A program made the position numbers and the translations under genes. A stretch of 64,000 bases of DNA, taken from the NCBI GenBank assembly GCA_052168235.1, contig JBQLZK010000002.1, positions 265,456 through 329,455 of the forward strand, read 5' to 3'. The notes beneath the pieces were generated by a model. It was not told where the DNA came from. It made no database searches and saw only the letters and a list, made by a program, of their open reading frames with translations. Of the stretch, positions 49,527-59,731 are shown one piece after another (position 1 is the stretch's first letter; each line of letters starts with the position of its first letter). The DNA is from Thainema sp. (GTDB lineage: Bacteria > Cyanobacteriota > Cyanobacteriia > Phormidesmidales > Phormidesmidaceae).

Positions 49527-49760
49527 CTACGGTACGCTGTCCCAAGCTTGGGCCATAATTTCGCTGAGGACTTGGCGAACCGACGGCTCAAGCAAACTGT
49601 CATCAGCCAGCACCTGCGCGGTGACATCCGCTAATGACTGACCTTGCGATCGCGCAATGGAAATCACACCTGCGATCGCAGTGGCGACAACATCATCATT
49701 AACGGGCTTACTTCTGAGTGCTTCTATTCCGTCGAGGCTATCTGGGATGGGATAATTCAT
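49527..49760 (-). CDS. Small cyanobacterial hypothetical protein
   Basis: AIAGVISIARSQGQSLADVTAQVLADD; co-oriented with purU. Confidence 0.7.
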   Translation of the reverse strand: MNYPIPDSLDGIEALRSKPVNDDVVATAIAGVISIARSQGQSLADVTAQVLADDSLLEPSVRQVLSEIMAQAWDSVP

Positions 49761-49913
49761 GGCTATTGGTCAAATCGGACACTTGCCGTTACAAAATATG
49801 AGAGAGCTGTAATCTTTTGTAAAACATGCTTGGTGATTAGCAAGAATACCGTACTTTTTACCGTTGTCAACTCCACTTGGCTCATTTCTTGAAGTTAATT
49901 TAATATCTTCCGC

Positions 49914-52124
49914 ATGAAAGAAATTTTGTATTTAGAGGTGCCGACTCCCGACACTGACACCGTCAAGGATTGGCTCTGGCATCAGTTCACTCCCAGCGTC
50001 GGAACAACCGTTGCTCGACCAGACGGCATCCGCTGGAGATTGGTTGCAACAGCGGAAGAGGCCAATAGCCAAGACTCACGGGAATCTACAGCAAACCCTC
50101 AAGCACTACCGCCAGAACTCTCGATTTTCGTCTGGTCTGTGCAGCGGACGACCTACCTTAAAGTATTTCGCTGGGCGAATCAACCACTGCCGCAGGAATC
50201 TGCTGTCATCCAGCAGTTGACTACACAAATTCGGCAGGCATTTCCTCATCAATATCCAGAACCACCAGCGGTTGACCTATCGCAGCAATCTATTTTTGAA
50301 GCCTTAGCGGAGCGCTACCCCAAAACGGTTCGTTACTTTCAGCGCATGCCGAATGGAGAAGCTGACTTGACGCGGGTTTACTGGTGGGAACAGCGCTGGC
50401 GCAAATCGGTGCGCCAACCCCAGCAGCCAACTCCAGTCGTTTTTGCTCAGTCGGAGCCAAATCCCCAGACCCCGGACTATGACCTAATTTATGTCGGTGG
50501 AGCACTGGGCGTCATTCATGCAGCAGTGATGGCACAGCTTGGGTATCGCGTGCTGCTGATTGAGCGATTGCCCTTTGGCCGAATGAACCGCGAGTGGAAT
50601 ATTTCCCGCAACGAGTTTCAAAGCCTGATTGACCTCGGTTTATTTACGGCAGCAGAATTTGAAACGCTAATTGCCGCCGAATATGTCGATGGCTTCCACA
50701 AGTTTTTCGATGCCAACAATCCGCCCCAGTGTAAAGCGCCTGTTTTACATACGCCAACGGTGCTCAACGTGGCGCTGGATGCGGAGAAGCTGCTGCGGCT
50801 CTGCGGTGACAAGCTGTTGGCTGCAGGCGGCACAATCTGGGATGAAACCGATTTTAATCGAGCCGATATCCATCCCAACTTGGTGCAGGTCGAGACGGAA
50901 CATAGCCCAACCGGGGAGGTTCGCACCGCTTACGGTCGGTTACTGGTAGACGCAATGGGAACGGCCTCACCAATTGCGTGGCAACTGAGCGGCAAGCGCA
51001 CGTTCGATAGCGTATGTCCCACAGTGGGAGCCTGCATTTCCGGCGGTTTTGAGCCTGGGGTTTGGGATACGCAGTATGGAGATGTGCTCAACAGTCACGG
51101 TGACATCTCGAAGGGACGGCAGTTAATTTGGGAACTGTTTCCTGCCAAGGGGGATGAGCTGACGATTTACCTGTTCCACTACCACCAGGTGCATCCTGAC
51201 AATCCCGGCTCGCTGCTAGAAATGTACGAAGACTTTTTCACCATCCTGCCGGAGTATCGCCGCTGTGATATGGAAAAGCTGACCTGGCGGAAAGCGACGT
51301 TTGGCTATATTCCGGGTCACTTTAGCTTGAGCGATCGCGATCGCAAAATTGCCTTTGACCGTTTAATTGCGATCGGCGACGCTGCTTCGCTGCAGTCTCC
51401 ACTAGTCTTCACAGGCTTTGGCTCGCTGGTGCGCAACCTGTCTCGCTTAACAACTTTACTGGACACAGCCCTGCGACACGATCTGACGCAAGCGAAGTAT
51501 CTCAACAAAATTCGCGCCTACCAAAGCAACATTGCCGTCACCTGGCTGTTCTCTAAAGGCATGATGGTGCCAACGCACCAATTCTTGCCGCCTGAGCGGA
51601 TCAACTCCATGTTGAATACGTTCTTTGGCATTTTGGGTTCAGAGCCGTGTAACGTCGCCGAAAGCTTTATTAAAGACCGGGCTGGCTGGCTCGACTTTAA
51701 CCGGATGGCGCTGAAAGCGGCTTGGCAAAATCCGGCTCTCCTGCAGTGGATTTGGGAACTGGCTGGCCCTTGGGTTATGCTGCGCTGGGTGTTTAGCTAC
51801 ATTGACTACACTCGCAATGCCCTCGTTAGTCGGCTGTTGCAGTGGTTGCCGATCTTTCTCCAAATTAATCAACCCTGGCTGGAAAGACTCTTTCCAGCCC
51901 TCTGGTTTAGCTGGCTGGCTCGCAGCTATGCCATCACCTACGGCATCGGTCGCCCACCCGTTGCTCCAGTCAGCGCGATCTCACAATCCACCACTGCCCA
52001 ATCACCACCCAAAGAAAAAGATCAAGATACGGCTAGGCCAAGCGAACCGTCGCCAAAAGTGCGATCGCAAACGATGAAGCCATCGTCTATGGCGAAATCA
52101 GCGCCTCAGGACAGCAGTCAGTAA
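49914..52124 (+). CDS. cruA: CruA-type lycopene cyclase (FAD-dependent)
   Basis: MKEILYLEVPTP N-terminus; YDLIYVGGALG, GRMNREWNIS, GDAASLQSPLVFTGFGSLVRN. Confidence 0.8.
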   Translation: MKEILYLEVPTPDTDTVKDWLWHQFTPSVGTTVARPDGIRWRLVATAEEANSQDSRESTANPQALPPELSIFVWSVQRTTYLKVFRWANQPLPQESAVIQQLTTQIRQAFPHQYPEPPAVDLSQQSIFEALAERYPKTVRYFQRMPNGEADLTRVYWWEQRWRKSVRQPQQPTPVVFAQSEPNPQTPDYDLIYVGGALGVIHAAVMAQLGYRVLLIERLPFGRMNREWNISRNEFQSLIDLGLFTAAEFETLIAAEYVDGFHKFFDANNPPQCKAPVLHTPTVLNVALDAEKLLRLCGDKLLAAGGTIWDETDFNRADIHPNLVQVETEHSPTGEVRTAYGRLLVDAMGTASPIAWQLSGKRTFDSVCPTVGACISGGFEPGVWDTQYGDVLNSHGDISKGRQLIWELFPAKGDELTIYLFHYHQVHPDNPGSLLEMYEDFFTILPEYRRCDMEKLTWRKATFGYIPGHFSLSDRDRKIAFDRLIAIGDAASLQSPLVFTGFGSLVRNLSRLTTLLDTALRHDLTQAKYLNKIRAYQSNIAVTWLFSKGMMVPTHQFLPPERINSMLNTFFGILGSEPCNVAESFIKDRAGWLDFNRMALKAAWQNPALLQWIWELAGPWVMLRWVFSYIDYTRNALVSRLLQWLPIFLQINQPWLERLFPALWFSWLARSYAITYGIGRPPVAPVSAISQSTTAQSPPKEKDQDTARPSEPSPKVRSQTMKPSSMAKSAPQDSSQ

Positions 52125-52337
52125 CTTGAGACTAAATGAGATTCTTAAGAAAATTGAGCAGTGTTCTCTGTAAATTTCCGGAATTGATAGGCTGAAAGCC
52201 TGGATCTCTGATTAGAGCAACATGCATTACCGAAAACTGCCAACACTTGCCAAAACTGTTGTTCTAAATGGTTGAGGAGAGTAGCTGCCCTCGCCTCTCA
52301 ACAACCATCTGCACACAGCGGGGTTTATGTCTCAATC

Positions 52338-52838
52338 ATGCAACGCTTCTACAACTGCGTCTCACTGCCTATTATTACTGGACTGCTTATTGCAGCATCT
52401 TTGACCCCTGCACAAGCCAAACCAGCTTCCGACCAGTATTTAGCCAGCATCCCGGAAGGAGCTTCACCTTCAACTACCACTCTCCCTGGTGCAACTCGTG
52501 CAACTCATGAAGAAGACTTGAATCCATCAACTGATTTACGGAGCCTGCCGACGGGCAGCGGTTCTCCTAGCTCTAGGCGTCATCCAGGAGCGACTCGTGG
52601 CGGTCACGCTACAACCACAGCGTCTCAACTTTGTGTGAATGATTTAGCAGAAGGCGCGATCGCACCAGAGTTTACGTCTCTTGACATGATGTCGAGCGCA
52701 AGTGCCGGGCCTATTTTGTCCACACTACCGACTGTGGCGACTCCTAGCGTTTTGAATAGCTTATCTGCGATCGCAGCATCAACGTGGCAACTCCACCCGA
52801 CTTACCAACTGAGTCAGAGTCTGGCTCCATGTGAGTGA
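52338..52838 (+). CDS. Secreted low-complexity protein with two PGATR motifs (resembles the DUF928 N-terminus)
   Basis: Signal peptide ending AQA; PGATRA and RRHPGATRGG...C. Start at MQRFYN (52338). Confidence 0.55.
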   Translation: MQRFYNCVSLPIITGLLIAASLTPAQAKPASDQYLASIPEGASPSTTTLPGATRATHEEDLNPSTDLRSLPTGSGSPSSRRHPGATRGGHATTTASQLCVNDLAEGAIAPEFTSLDMMSSASAGPILSTLPTVATPSVLNSLSAIAASTWQLHPTYQLSQSLAPCE

Positions 52839-53004
52839 TGCCAGTTCTGGTATTTGGCACTCCAGAAGGTTCAGTGCTGGGGTTGGGGACTGGGTGTTAG
52901 GGGTTGGGTATCAGGTACTAGGTGCTGAGAAACCTAAACACTCGCTTCACTCCTGACTCCTCTCGCCTCGCGTCGTTAAAACCCGATCTGTAGCCAGAGT
53001 TCAT

Positions 53005-53056
53005 AAAACGAGAGTGGGGATTTGCCACGTGCAGCAGATTCCCACTCTCGTTTTTG
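53005..53056. terminator. Hairpin, possible terminator
   Basis: AAAACGAGAGTGGG...CCCACTCTCGTTTTT. Confidence 0.55.
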
Positions 53057-53372
53057 TGATCAGAGCTGACAGTCAGTGATTATAAAGCGCTGTAAACATT
53101 ATTTATTTCCTGGGGGTTCTGTGTTACTAAGTTTAGGTACAATGATGCACCGATGCAGCGATAATCTTAAGTCAATCGGGCATCGTATCATCTGCAACAC
53201 TTTTTAGACTAACGTTTTCTAGTCTTAAGGTTGTTCAATCTCACTACTGATGGCTCTCGTCTTTTAAGTACAAATATACCATATTCCGGCAGGAAATTGG
53301 TTCGTCCTATTTGTCTTATTTGGCTTAGATAGATGGGCGCTTCGGGATGTCGTACCGTTCAGGTTATTCACA

Positions 53373-55394
53373 ATGAGTGACGCCCCTTTTTCTCCGAATC
53401 ATGCTGATCCTTCCCGCGATCCTCACACCGAGCAAGATGGCCTAGACCCAACATTGGGTTCTGCTGCTCCGGCGGATGATGCACAGGAGCAAGGATGGGC
53501 AGATTGGCAAACTGTTCAGTTTCCGGATGCTCTTAACGTTGAGGCGCTGGAGCAGGAGGAGGAAGTGGCGAAATCGACTGCACGGGCCAATCCCAAATCC
53601 GCCAAAGCCAAATCGGCTAAAAATCCGCCAACAGATCAACCCCAGGTAAAAGCAGAGCCACCTGCGATCGCACCTGAAGATGACGATACAGAGGCTGATG
53701 TCATCGAACCGGATTGGCGACCTCACGTGAAATCTCGGCAAACTATCGAGGTCTCGGCCCAAGCCATTGACGAGCAGGCGATTGAAGCGCCAGCGCCAGA
53801 GTCGGTTGTCGATGATCAAATTGAAGAATTATTAACGCTGATTCGTGAGCTGAATGAATGTAACGATGCGCTGTTGAGTCGGGTGCGGCATTTGGAAGAT
53901 GCGCTGACTCAGTGCCAGTCGGAACTGGATCGGGAAGTCATGCGATCGCAACACTCAATTCAGCAGCAGCAGGAGCAAGAGCTTGCCCTAGTTGCCGCCC
54001 AGCAAAGAGCCGCTCAAAGTGCAGATGAACTAGAGTTTGTCCAGCAAACGGTACAGCGTCAGCAGATTCAAATTGAAACGCTGGAAGCGCAGCTTGAAAC
54101 CAGCCAGCAGCGGGTGGCGGAACTAGAGCGGGAATGTGCCCTGGTGCAGCAAAAGCAGCAGGAGCAGTATCACCAGCTTCAGGAATCCAAACAAGCTTGC
54201 CAAGATCTGCGATCGCGGCTGCAGCGGCAGCAGCGTTATACCTTGCAGTACAAAGTGGCGCTGAAAAAGTGTCTCGACGTACCGCCGCCACGCTATCAAA
54301 GTGCTGGAGAAACCTTTACTACGGCTGATGCTCCCACAGGCTTTATGCCCAAGGTGTCTGAAATTCAGCCTTGGTCATCCACACAGCCATCTGACACGCA
54401 GCCATCGGATGCCGACTATGCTCAGCAACCTCCAGCAGAGAATACCTCTGACTTGTTGGCCTGGATGCAGTCCAACCCTGCGTTAACTCATCTGTTTAGG
54501 GATGAAGACGAAACGCTAAACTCCCCTGCGAATTGGGAAAATGATCCGATCGCTCAAACCATCGATCTAACGGCTATTCAGGCCGACGACCTGTTTGACC
54601 AACCCATTACACCCGATCCGGTCGTTGAAGCAGACATGACCAATACTGTGGAGACTGACGCTATCCATTCTGAAGCGGAATCGGTTGCGGATATGTTCAG
54701 ACCTCAGCCAACTTCCATTAGCTATGATGTAAAGCATTTGACCCGCAGACAAAGCAGCTCAAGCTCTGCCGATGAGGACAGACCTGCGGCGACTCAGGCT
54801 CCAGAATCGCCATCTGATGGTGTTGCCGCCGATGCCCAGCTAAACAATGTACAGCCAAACAATGTACAGCCAAACGCGGTGCCGCGTCCTCCCGTGGAAG
54901 CAGAAGATGCGCTATGGGAAGATCTAGCGCGCTTAATCGATGCCTCAACTGAAGAAGAAATTGCGATCGCAGATGAAATTGTCTTTGAAGATGGCGAGTT
55001 TACCGACGCATCGCTGAACAGTGATGAGGAGGAATCAGCACTCTTTGAGCCAAATGTAGAGCTGAGTTCTTCACCACCGACTCAGGCTGAAGCAGTAGCC
55101 CAGTACCTCGACAGTCAAGCACCTCAGGATTTTCATACTGCTCCATCTGCCGACCATGAGCAACCAGACCTGAGTGAATCAGCCCCAGCAGCTAGCCAGG
55201 AACAGGAGCCAACCAATTTCTTAGAAGAGCAGCATCACAACCCATCTCAAATGGCTGACTCAACTTGGACAAAATCTTTTGCACCCCAAGCTAATTGGCC
55301 GTCTCCAGTGGTTTATCCGCTACGGGCTCAAAAGCCGCGCCGCAAATCCCTAGCCTCGGTTGAGCTACCTTCTTTTCCTAAAGCCGCTCATTAA
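53373..55394 (+). CDS. Coiled-coil hypothetical protein with disordered acidic termini
   Basis: Q/E-rich coil ending LQRQQRYTLQYKVALKKCL; C-terminal NWPSPVVYP...RKSLASVELPSF. Confidence 0.8.
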   Translation: MSDAPFSPNHADPSRDPHTEQDGLDPTLGSAAPADDAQEQGWADWQTVQFPDALNVEALEQEEEVAKSTARANPKSAKAKSAKNPPTDQPQVKAEPPAIAPEDDDTEADVIEPDWRPHVKSRQTIEVSAQAIDEQAIEAPAPESVVDDQIEELLTLIRELNECNDALLSRVRHLEDALTQCQSELDREVMRSQHSIQQQQEQELALVAAQQRAAQSADELEFVQQTVQRQQIQIETLEAQLETSQQRVAELERECALVQQKQQEQYHQLQESKQACQDLRSRLQRQQRYTLQYKVALKKCLDVPPPRYQSAGETFTTADAPTGFMPKVSEIQPWSSTQPSDTQPSDADYAQQPPAENTSDLLAWMQSNPALTHLFRDEDETLNSPANWENDPIAQTIDLTAIQADDLFDQPITPDPVVEADMTNTVETDAIHSEAESVADMFRPQPTSISYDVKHLTRRQSSSSSADEDRPAATQAPESPSDGVAADAQLNNVQPNNVQPNAVPRPPVEAEDALWEDLARLIDASTEEEIAIADEIVFEDGEFTDASLNSDEEESALFEPNVELSSSPPTQAEAVAQYLDSQAPQDFHTAPSADHEQPDLSESAPAASQEQEPTNFLEEQHHNPSQMADSTWTKSFAPQANWPSPVVYPLRAQKPRRKSLASVELPSFPKAAH

Positions 55395-55415
55395 CCGTAA
55401 ATCAACCTAGATCCA

Positions 55416-55461
55416 AAAAAAGGATGTTGGTCGCCGTCTCGCAGTGACCAACATCCTTTTT
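55416..55461 (+). terminator. Intrinsic terminator
   Basis: AAAAAGGATGTTGGTC...GACCAACATCCTTTTT. Confidence 0.7.
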
Positions 55462-55471
55462 CGGGTTTTTC

Positions 55472-55667
55472 TATAGCGCTTTTTGCGCTAATAAAGGGGG
55501 AGTTATAGCGGTTCTAGATAAGAACGAGAGAGGAGAGTGCCTCATTCTGAGGCACTCTCCTCTCTCGCTTTCTCACTCTTAACTGAAATCGCTATATTTT
55601 TTGGAAGCCGCGCGGAGCGCGGCTTCCAAAAAATAACTTGTACCTCAGTAGCCCAGGAAAGGCGATA
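55472..55667. mobile_element. Family A miniature element (inverted) containing a nested family C element at 55504-55596
   Basis: The flanks match the reverse complement of 35425-35528, and the insert matches 58563-58655. Confidence 0.8.
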
Positions 55668-56042
55668 TAGAAATCCGAACACAAGTCCAATTGATAGCCA
55701 GAATCATGTTGGTTGTGGCGTTGTTGTGGCGCGGTGAAGCTACGTCACAACGTCTGTCCTAACAGGGCTGACTACAGCGATACGGGCCAAAACCTTAGGG
55801 TTTGCATAGGTGGCTGCTCGTTAGAGATAAGTTCTAAGATGCATCTTGTTGAAAATTAGTAAAACCATTGCTAAATAAGGATTTCAGCTCTCTGGAATCA
55901 GATTTAGGAACCGTGAAGATGGAGATATGCTAGTGATGGTAAATTAGGATTTCCGCATCAATTCTCATCAAATTTCCTATGATGCTAATGATGCTATCAA
56001 TCACTGGTATGTACCCTGTTGGTTGGATGGCATAGCCAGATT

Positions 56043-58280
56043 ATGAATACTCGGGAACAGAACGTAACGTTGCTGACATCCGGTACCCTATTGTGCGATC
56101 GCTATCGAGTCCTGCGTCCGTTGGGGCAGGGTGGATTTAGCCAAACCTATGAAGTTGAAGATTGTGCAACTTGCGATCGCGGCAGCATCAAAGTCCTGAA
56201 AGTGCTGCTGGAAAGCTATCCCAAGGCGGTTGACCTGTTTCAGCGGGAAGCCAAAGTTTTGAGTCAGCTTTCCCATCCTGGTATTCCGAACGTTGAACCC
56301 GATGCCTATTTCACATTTGAGGCTACCCATGCGGCGGATTTGATGAATATCCCGCAGCTCTTGCATGGCCTGGTGATGGAAAAAATTCCCGGCCTGGATT
56401 TGCAGCAGTGGATGATGAGTCGCAACATGTCGCCCATTTCGCAGTCTCAGGCGATTAACTGGCTGCGGCAACTGGCGGAAATTCTGGGTTTGATTCACAA
56501 CCAGCAGTATTTTCACCGCGACATCAAGCCCTCCAATATCATGCTGAAGCCCGACGGGCAACTGGTGCTGATTGACTTTGGCGGAGTGCGGGAAATCACC
56601 GAAACGTTTCTCCGCCAGCAGGAAGACGACTTTACGGGTACCCGATTGGCCTCACGCGGCTATGCGCCACTGGAACAGATTGATGGTCGCGCTGTTCCCC
56701 AGTCCGACTTTTTTGCCCTCGGTCGCACCTTTGTCTATTTGCTCACGGGAAAATCGCCCACGGCCATGCCGTCTAATCCAGCTACGGGCCAACTGGTTTG
56801 GCAGGAGAATGCGCCGCTACTGTCGCGATCGCTAATTGATCTGATCGACTGGCTGATGGCTCCCTTCCCAGGCCAGCGTCCCCAAAGCGCCGACGAAATA
56901 CTGGATGCGCTAGATACCATTGCCCAGCTAGATGCCACCAGCGAACTACCTCAGCGTCCTAAAGCACCCCCATATGAGTCAGTTGATGCCACACAGCCAC
57001 CTTGGTCAGAGGTTGATGAGTTTGACGCGGCACCCGATACGCGCTTTCCAGTGCCGCCTCTACCGCTTTGGCTGAAACTGTTGATGATGGCAGGCTGGAG
57101 CAGTGTTGCGGCAGGTCTGCTGATTGTGGCGCGACTGATGGGGCTGCTTCAACCACTGGAGTTTGCGGCCTTTGACCAGTTTTTGCGCTGGCGTCCGACT
57201 GAATCTAATGCTGAACAAACCGTTGTGGTGGAAGTGACCCAAGCTGATATTCGTCAGTTGGGTGGCGAGTATCCTCTGCATGACGACACTATGCTGGAAA
57301 CCTTACAGACACTAGAGCGCTACGACCCCAGCATGATCGGCATTGATATCTATCGCGATCGCCCAGAAGGAGAGGGGCAGGCTGAGCTAATTCAATACAT
57401 TCAGCAGCACGATCAGGTTGTACCGATTTGTGCCCATCCAACGGGTGAAGATGATGCAGGCACAGCTTTTTTAGAGGGAATTTTGCCGGAGCAAGTTGGA
57501 TTTGCGGATATTGCCCTCGACTCTGATGAAAGAGTGCGTCGGCATTTGCTGGCAATGCCGCCCCAGGCGGATTTTCTCTGTCAGGCATCCTACGCAATCA
57601 GCACACTCTTGGCATTCACCCACCTGGAACAGCAGGGCTATGAGCTGTTTCCAGGGCTGAATACCTGGCAGGTGGAGCGCCCCGCTGATCAGACTCAAAC
57701 AAGCGAGGCGATGACAATTCACCTGTTGCGATCGCGACCTGGTTTCTATGCCAATCGGCAATCCGTGGAAGGACATCAAATTCTGCTGAACTATCGGGCC
57801 GTCGAGAATCTCAGTGCTGCAATTCCCCGCGTGCCGCTGACCGATTTGCTAGCTGGCACAGTTGCACCCGATTTAATTCGTGACAAAGTCGTGATCATTG
57901 GCGTCACGGATCCGACGGTTAATGATGACTTTCGCACCCCTTATGGAGAGAATCTGCGCGGCGTTTTGCTCCAGGCCGAACTGACCAACCAGCTCATTGC
58001 AGCCGTAGAGGATGGCCGTTCACTCCTGCAGTTTTGGCCGCGCTGGGCCGATTGGCTGTGGATCTTGGCTTGGGCGGGTGTTGGTGGCGGACTTTGGCTG
58101 TGCAAAACGCGATCGCAGTTGGCCCTTTCTGCAAGTGGCACAGTGGTTCTTTTATCCGGATTAAGCTGGTTTAGCTTGATAAGTATAGGGGTGGTTGTGC
58201 CAGTTGTCCCCGCAACTTTGGCTCTCGGCTTGGCCCTCAGCGGCAGGTTCTTATTAAAGGCCATACACTCCTATCGTTAA
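56043..58280 (+). CDS. Ser/Thr protein kinase with CHASE2 domain and C-terminal TM helices
   Basis: LGQGGFS, HRDIKPSN, IDFGGV, GYAPLEQ. CHASE2 motifs EFAAFD, IGIDIYR, DERVRR, VIIGVT. Confidence 0.92.
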   Translation: MNTREQNVTLLTSGTLLCDRYRVLRPLGQGGFSQTYEVEDCATCDRGSIKVLKVLLESYPKAVDLFQREAKVLSQLSHPGIPNVEPDAYFTFEATHAADLMNIPQLLHGLVMEKIPGLDLQQWMMSRNMSPISQSQAINWLRQLAEILGLIHNQQYFHRDIKPSNIMLKPDGQLVLIDFGGVREITETFLRQQEDDFTGTRLASRGYAPLEQIDGRAVPQSDFFALGRTFVYLLTGKSPTAMPSNPATGQLVWQENAPLLSRSLIDLIDWLMAPFPGQRPQSADEILDALDTIAQLDATSELPQRPKAPPYESVDATQPPWSEVDEFDAAPDTRFPVPPLPLWLKLLMMAGWSSVAAGLLIVARLMGLLQPLEFAAFDQFLRWRPTESNAEQTVVVEVTQADIRQLGGEYPLHDDTMLETLQTLERYDPSMIGIDIYRDRPEGEGQAELIQYIQQHDQVVPICAHPTGEDDAGTAFLEGILPEQVGFADIALDSDERVRRHLLAMPPQADFLCQASYAISTLLAFTHLEQQGYELFPGLNTWQVERPADQTQTSEAMTIHLLRSRPGFYANRQSVEGHQILLNYRAVENLSAAIPRVPLTDLLAGTVAPDLIRDKVVIIGVTDPTVNDDFRTPYGENLRGVLLQAELTNQLIAAVEDGRSLLQFWPRWADWLWILAWAGVGGGLWLCKTRSQLALSASGTVVLLSGLSWFSLISIGVVVPVVPATLALGLALSGRFLLKAIHSYR

Positions 58281-58330
58281 TTTTTTGAGCATTTCAGTTT
58301 GTTTAACGTTTAAAGCCCCCGGAGATTACC

Positions 58331-58555
58331 ATGTCTTTTTGCACCCAATTAACTCGTGTATTTGCCAAATTTTTCTCTTCATCTAAAAATGGTGCCGCTT
58401 ATCCTCAAAACTCAAACGGTAATGCAGATTCTGAGCAGCCAAACTCTCATGTAGACGATGAGTCGGCTCCTGAAATTATGACGATGGGATTGCGCCCTAT
58501 CCCACGGAATTCTCGACGCCCACAGGGCAGACGCGGACGGGCTGGTTCTTGGTAA
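58331..58555 (+). CDS. Small hypothetical protein ending RRPQGRRGRAGSW
   Basis: 74 aa with a GGAG RBS, 50 nt after the CHASE2 kinase. Confidence 0.5.
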   Translation: MSFCTQLTRVFAKFFSSSKNGAAYPQNSNGNADSEQPNSHVDDESAPEIMTMGLRPIPRNSRRPQGRRGRAGSW

Positions 58556-58562
58556 CTTGATT

Positions 58563-58655
58563 TATAGCGGTTTTAGATAAGAACGAGAGAGGAGAGTGCC
58601 TCAGGATGAGGCACTCTCCTCTCTCGTTTTCTCACTCTTAACTGGAATCACTATA
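58563..58655. mobile_element. TA-flanked miniature element, family C (stand-alone copy)
   Basis: TATAGCGG...CACTATA, 93 bp, with central palindrome CGAGAGAGGAGAGTGCCTCA...TGAGGCACTCTCCTCTCTCG. Confidence 0.75.
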
Positions 58656-58692
58656 CAAATAAAAATATATAGGTCAATAACTTTGATTCAAC

Positions 58693-58749
58693 ACTTTTAT
58701 CTAAAACGGAGAGATGTTCACAAGACATCTCCCCGTTTTAGATAAAAGT
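58693..58749. repeat. Long hairpin between convergent genes
   Basis: ACTTTTATCTAAAACGG.GAGATGT...ACATCTC.CCGTTTTAGATAAAAGT. Confidence 0.6.
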
Positions 58750-58777
58750 ATATTCAGATTCCCTAACTTAAACAGGC

Positions 58778-59236
58778 TTAATCACCTATTGCTGCACCGA
58801 ATGTGAGTGGGCCTACTACACCTTCTGTATTAGTACTTGGAGTTCCATAACGTTGAAGTTTGACGACTGCTTCATGAGTCAAGGGGCCAAAGATACCGTC
58901 AACTGCGCCACGGTAAAATCCCTTGGATTTTAATCCTGATTGCAGCTCTTCTGCTCCAGTGTCGCCTTTACGTAAAAACCTGCCGGTAAAATGTGTTGGC
59001 CATTCCCGCGCATCAGCTAAGGCGCTCCATGTCATCTCTCCGACAACTCCGTCTTGTTCTAGCCTTTTGTTTTTTTGAAATTGTTGAACAGCGGCCTGGG
59101 TTTTCGGCCCAAAAACACCATCTACTGCACCCAAGCTACTGGAGGTTGCACCTCCTCGAAAAAGGAGCAAATATTGTAAATCAACAACTTCAGCTCCACG
59201 AGAACCTGTTCTTAATACAGTGGTTGTGGCTGTCAT
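58778..59236 (-). CDS. Peptidoglycan-binding domain protein (two PG_binding_1 repeats)
   Basis: LRTGSRGAEVVDLQ...DGVFGPKTQAAVQQFQ...DGVVG, plus a second repeat DGIFGPLT. AGGA RBS before 59236. Confidence 0.85.
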   Translation of the reverse strand: MTATTTVLRTGSRGAEVVDLQYLLLFRGGATSSSLGAVDGVFGPKTQAAVQQFQKNKRLEQDGVVGEMTWSALADAREWPTHFTGRFLRKGDTGAEELQSGLKSKGFYRGAVDGIFGPLTHEAVVKLQRYGTPSTNTEGVVGPLTFGAAIGD

Positions 59237-59269
59237 GTTTCCTGTTCCTTGTATAGGGGGCATATATAC

Positions 59270-59361
59270 TAGGACTTACGCAATTGAATGATTTTTGGGG
59301 CACTTATCACCCCAAAAATCATTCAAGATCCAAGCTTTTCGTTCGCTGTGTGTAAGTCCTA
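59270..59361. mobile_element. TA-flanked miniature element (TAGGACTTACGCA ends)
   Basis: TAGGACTTACGCA...TGTGTAAGTCCTA with internal hairpin TTGAATGATTTTTGGGG...CCCCAAAAATCATTCAA. Confidence 0.75.
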
Positions 59362-59731
59362 TATACGTTTGTGGTCTGCTCTTGACGTTCGCCAAGATAA
59401 CCGACCTACTAGTAGTAAACAGGCTGATCTGTAATGAAGCAATAGAGGTTTAGGAACTTAAGATCAGGAGTTTAAGGAGGACTGAAATTGACCTATGCTT
59501 GTGGCGCTAACTACTATGCGTAACTAAGACTCTAGCCACAATTTCTACTCTAAAAAGTAAGAATTGCCAAAATCCTAAACTTCCTTATCTTTGTATACTT
59601 ACCTATACTGATTTTGGATTAATTTTGGACAAGACCGAATATTTTAATGTTGTTGATGCTGGCACTGTGCGATCGCACATTATCTATACGCCGCTACAAT
59701 TTTTGTTTCATCGCTAGATACAGAAAGAAAA

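Noticed and set aside
52870..52975. G-rich and C-rich heptamer runs (also near 16350-16410 and 25770-25815) as novel elements
   Set aside because: Ordinary degenerate short tandem repeats common in filamentous cyanobacteria.
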